From Bdellovibrionales bacterium (GTDB taxonomy: Bacteria > Bdellovibrionota > Bdellovibrionia > Bdellovibrionales > UBA1609), in the NCBI GenBank assembly GCA_965261545.1, contig CBDHDF010000010.1:160001-224000 (forward strand): 64,000 nt of DNA. Direction: 5' to 3'. Positions within the stretch are counted from its first letter, which is position 1, and each line of letters begins with the position of its first letter. A program made the position numbers and the translations under genes. Positions 60,842-64,000 of this stretch are shown in pieces. The notes under the pieces were generated by a model. It was not told the origin of the DNA, did no database searches, and saw nothing but the letters and a program-made list of their open reading frames with translations.

Positions 60842-61976
60842 AGTTTAATACCTCCTGATAATCAATAAGACTGTTTTGGGCCTTTGAGACGTACTCGTCA
60901 AGAAGGCTCTTTTTGGGTTTCAATGATTTGGCCAATTCAAATTTTGTAAGATATTCCATAATGGGGATTCTCCCCACAACTCCCTTTTTGCACCTTTGGC
61001 ATCCCTTGGAGTTTATTTGTCGGAAGTCTCCTTGTAAGTTGAGGTGAGCAAGGGCATGGATTTTTCTCATATCTTGGGAGGTCACCTTATTTGAACAAAA
61101 GGGACAGATTTTTTTCACAAGTCGTTGAACCGCACAGAACCTCAAGTTGGATTCAATCATGTAGGGTTCCACTCCCATATTTCGTAGGCGTTCAATGACT
61201 TTCACCGCACTGTTGGCATGAAGGGTGGAAATCACCAGGTGCCCGGTGGCTGAAGCTTTAAAGCAAAGGTCTGCGGTTTCCCAATCTCGTATTTCGCCAA
61301 CAAAAATAATATCAGGGTCTTGACGGAGCACGGCTCTCAATCCATCGGCAAAAGACAGGGAGTCTTTAATTTCAATCTGATTGATTCCTTGAAAGCTATA
61401 TTCCACAGGGTCTTCCAGTGAGACGATGTTCTTTCGTTCTTTGTCAAGGGAGTTGAGGAGGCTGAAAAGTGTTCTTGTTTTTCCGCTTCCTGTGGGTCCA
61501 GAAACAAGAATCACTCCATTGGGCTCATTGGCTGAGTTTCTAAGGTCAAAGACAGCATCATCACTGAGGTTGGATGACTCCAGATTAAAATCCGTTGTCA
61601 TATCAAGAAGGCGAAGAACAATCTTCTCCCCATACAGTGTGGGGGTGGAGTTGACTCTCAAGGCTAATTTCCATGAAGGAAGTGACAAACGGCTGTCTTG
61701 TGGTCTATTGCTAATAGCAATAGACAGGTTACAAAGCCTTTTGGTCTCCTGAATGAAGCTTTGCCGATAATCTCTGGTGAGGGTCTTGTGAGTAAAGAGG
61801 TCACCATTGACTCTTATTCTTATGGCAAGCCCATTGGCATGGGGCTCAATATGAATATCACTTGCAGATTGCTTTTGGGCATATTGCAAGGTCTCTCGGA
61901 AAAATGAAGTGTAAGGCCCACAGTTGGCCATTTTTTCTTCACTGGTTTGTTTGTGTTCTATTGTGATTTGACTCAT
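60834..61976 (-). CDS. GspE/PilB-family secretion ATPase
   Basis: ASDIHIEP, GPTGSGKT, EDPVE, LRQDPD..GEIRD, TGHLV.STLH and tetracysteine motifs. Confidence 0.92.
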   Translation of the reverse strand: MSQITIEHKQTSEEKMANCGPYTSFFRETLQYAQKQSASDIHIEPHANGLAIRIRVNGDLFTHKTLTRDYRQSFIQETKRLCNLSIAISNRPQDSRLSLPSWKLALRVNSTPTLYGEKIVLRLLDMTTDFNLESSNLSDDAVFDLRNSANEPNGVILVSGPTGSGKTRTLFSLLNSLDKERKNIVSLEDPVEYSFQGINQIEIKDSLSFADGLRAVLRQDPDIIFVGEIRDWETADLCFKASATGHLVISTLHANSAVKVIERLRNMGVEPYMIESNLRFCAVQRLVKKICPFCSNKVTSQDMRKIHALAHLNLQGDFRQINSKGCQRCKKGVVGRIPIMEYLTKFELAKSLKPKKSLLDEYVSKAQNSLIDYQEVLNCE

Positions 61977-61977
61977 C

Positions 61978-62998
61978 TTATTTTCCTAGTCCTTGGCAGG
62001 TGGGTTTCATGGCGGCAATAACTGCTTTTGAAATTGCAATATGGGCGATATCACGAACGCAACTGACAGGCTTGTAAATGACAAATAAATATCCTGTTAA
62101 ACGGCCTCCCATAAGACGTCCTATTTCTCTCACATTTTTAATGGTGTCGAGGAGGGCAATGTTTTGTCCCTCACGAAAGCAAGAACTTGACCCCGGACTC
62201 ACCATCTGCCAGGTTTCCCCAAAGCTTGAGGGTGTGGCCATAAAGACTTCTGATGAAATCGACTTCATCCGTGAAGCGATCATCAAGGCCCCGGTGAGAG
62301 TGGCAGGCCCGTTGTAGCTGCCCATTCTTGGGTAAAAAATTCCCCAACCATTGCAGGCAGAATGGCTGGAGGGCGGAAAGATGGGAAGCTGGGGAAGCTT
62401 CACACTGCACATGGGAGAATCGGGGGCATAAGAAGCATCCGTCCCTCCTGTTGCCGAAGTCATGGCCCCTTTGATAAGGCAAGCTTTGGGAGAGAGCGAC
62501 CAAGCAAGAAAATTTGGTTGGAAGCTGTCGCTGATCCCAGTGGACCAGTGCTTATGAATATGCTCGCTCATTCCATCAAAAGCACAGCTTGGGAATCCGA
62601 ATTCCACCACAGGGAAGTATGCCAAATGGAATCTGAGCGAGGGGCACGGAGAGAGTTCTGGCATGATAGGATTGGGTGTCTTCATCGTTGGCCACTCCAA
62701 AGGGAGCAAGAGTTTTCACAGTGGACAACTGGAGGGCTGCGCCTGGGAGCTTGTGGAAATGTGAGTGACCTGCACGGGGTGAGACTTCAATAAAAGTTTG
62801 AGGGACATTGTAGCTGAAGCGAACACAGGGGCGTGGTGGAAAACCACACATTGTCATTGAGTATCTGAAGTTTAGGCAAGAGTTAAATTCCACAGTATTG
62901 ACGATCGAGCAGATATTGGGGAAAGCTTGGGCCTTGTGAGTCAATGCCAGAGGAGTTATGAGAGTCACAAGAGTCAGGCATATGGTGAAAAGATGCAT
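61978..62998 (-). CDS. TraU-like Cys-rich periplasmic protein, frameshift at about 62580
   Basis: WG.FYPR.G and WQMVSP....CF motifs. N-terminal part is in frame with the upstream coupling protein. Confidence 0.6.
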
Positions 62999-64000
62999 GG
63001 TATGTAGGGCTGGTGGGGCCAAATATGTGGCCAAAGCCAACCATGTGGTAGCGTTGGCCCGCCCGTTCAGCTTGGTGTTGGCATTGGACTTTTTAAAGCC
63101 CTCAAAGAACTTTTTGAAAGAAGGCCGGAGAGGCTTTTTTTGAAGCCACTTAAGGACTTTTGTGTGCTTGGTGTTTTTCTTTTTGAGAAAATAGGGTTTT
63201 AAGAAAAGTTTATAGAAGTTGGTTTCTATGCCATCATACACTTGCACAAAGGCTTCAAAGGACTTGAGCCTTGAAAAGTCCTTTCCTGTGATGAGGAATT
63301 CCTTTTGTTGGCTGGTACTGATGGATTCGTTAATATTGGCATCCTTTGAGTCAAAGCCACCGAGAATGAAGTTCCGAGTGGTCCTTTGAGATTGCTCAGA
63401 AAGGCTGCGACTGGTTTTCTCCTGATCCTCTTGGCCCATCAATTCTTTAAAGTTACGAATGGTGTCAATGTCGGAAGAATGACAGGCAATCCTTGTACGA
63501 AAGTTTTGGATCAGTTCCTTGGCTGCTGTCTCACTGCCAATGGCATTGTAAATGGAGCTTAGGCTCTGGGAGGCTGCGAGAAAGAAGAAATTGGCTTCAC
63601 GACCCTTGGCACATATTTTATCATCACCCATGGAGCCTCCATAACCCACGGAGACGATATCTTGGTACTCATCAGCGATCAGGGCTGCCAGAATATTTCT
63701 GGGGCGGCTGGTGTCTTTTAGGCGGTTTAATACAGACCTCTCATAGTGGAGCTTAATAAAAGTGCCCATGGAGCGGCAAAGGGCCTCATGGTTTACATTG
63801 AAAAGAAGAACTTTTCCATTATCAACAATCTCATCCATGGATGGGATCGTGAGGTCTTCTTTTTTGGGACAGAAGATTTGAGCCGCCTTGTAGTTCTGGA
63901 ATTGATTGAGAAATGTGGTGGAACTCACCAAAACGCCAGACCTGAACTTGTCTTCAAAGAGTGAGTATTCCTTGAAATATTGGAGGGCGCACTGGATGTT
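62576..64000 (-). CDS. Type IV coupling protein (TraD/VirD4) C-terminal part, runs off the window and reads into the TraU-like region
   Basis: ADEYQ Walker B, KGRE, ASQSLS, N.RTRI. Frame is open to 64000. Confidence 0.82.
   Translation of the reverse strand, partial: NIQCALQYFKEYSLFEDKFRSGVLVSSTTFLNQFQNYKAAQIFCPKKEDLTIPSMDEIVDNGKVLLFNVNHEALCRSMGTFIKLHYERSVLNRLKDTSRPRNILAALIADEYQDIVSVGYGGSMGDDKICAKGREANFFFLAASQSLSSIYNAIGSETAAKELIQNFRTRIACHSSDIDTIRNFKELMGQEDQEKTSRSLSEQSQRTTRNFILGGFDSKDANINESISTSQQKEFLITGKDFSRLKSFEAFVQVYDGIETNFYKLFLKPYFLKKKNTKHTKVLKWLQKKPLRPSFKKFFEGFKKSNANTKLNGRANATTWLALATYLAPPALHTMHLFTICLTLVTLITPLALTHKAQAFPNICSIVNTVEFNSCLNFRYSMTMCGFPPRPCVRFSYNVPQTFIEVSPRAGHSHFHKLPGAALQLSTVKTLAPFGVANDEDTQSYHARTLSVPLAQIPFGILPCGGIRIPKLCF

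Larger units (their letters stand above)
44837..64000 (-). mobile_element. Integrative conjugative element core (MPF-F type)
   Basis: Co-oriented T4CP, tra genes, oriT, mobC, relaxase, xis and int. Confidence 0.88.

Overview
An AT-rich, heavily rearranged accessory region. The right 19 kb (44.8-64 kb, minus strand) is the core of an integrative conjugative element: tyrosine integrase, excisionase, relaxase/MobC, candidate oriT, an F-type (MPF-F) T4SS, a GspE/PilB-type ATPase and a coupling protein. The left 45 kb is cargo and debris. It holds three more near-identical integrase copies with dead excisionases and several defence genes: three dCTP-deaminase loci, an orphan AbiEi-like gene, a TIR protein and a MORC/MutL-Z1-C5 methyltransferase operon. 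It also holds many IS (IS1634, tandem ISNCY, IS91/ISCR, two IS21, IS256, two IS66, IS110). The most striking structure is a three-level nest: an IS21 whose 23-bp terminal repeat array carries a group II intron, whose RT gene is in turn split by a 1.94-kb large-serine-recombinase element. Excision at its AC core would restore the RT in frame and would extend the recombinase ORF around almost the whole circle. A second candidate new system is dCTP deaminase followed by a small 'PDW'-motif protein, preceded by an AbiEi-like regulator. Many single-base frameshifts lie in homopolymers and may be assembly errors. No rRNA, full tRNA or CRISPR array was seen. All family calls come from motif recognition, not database searches.
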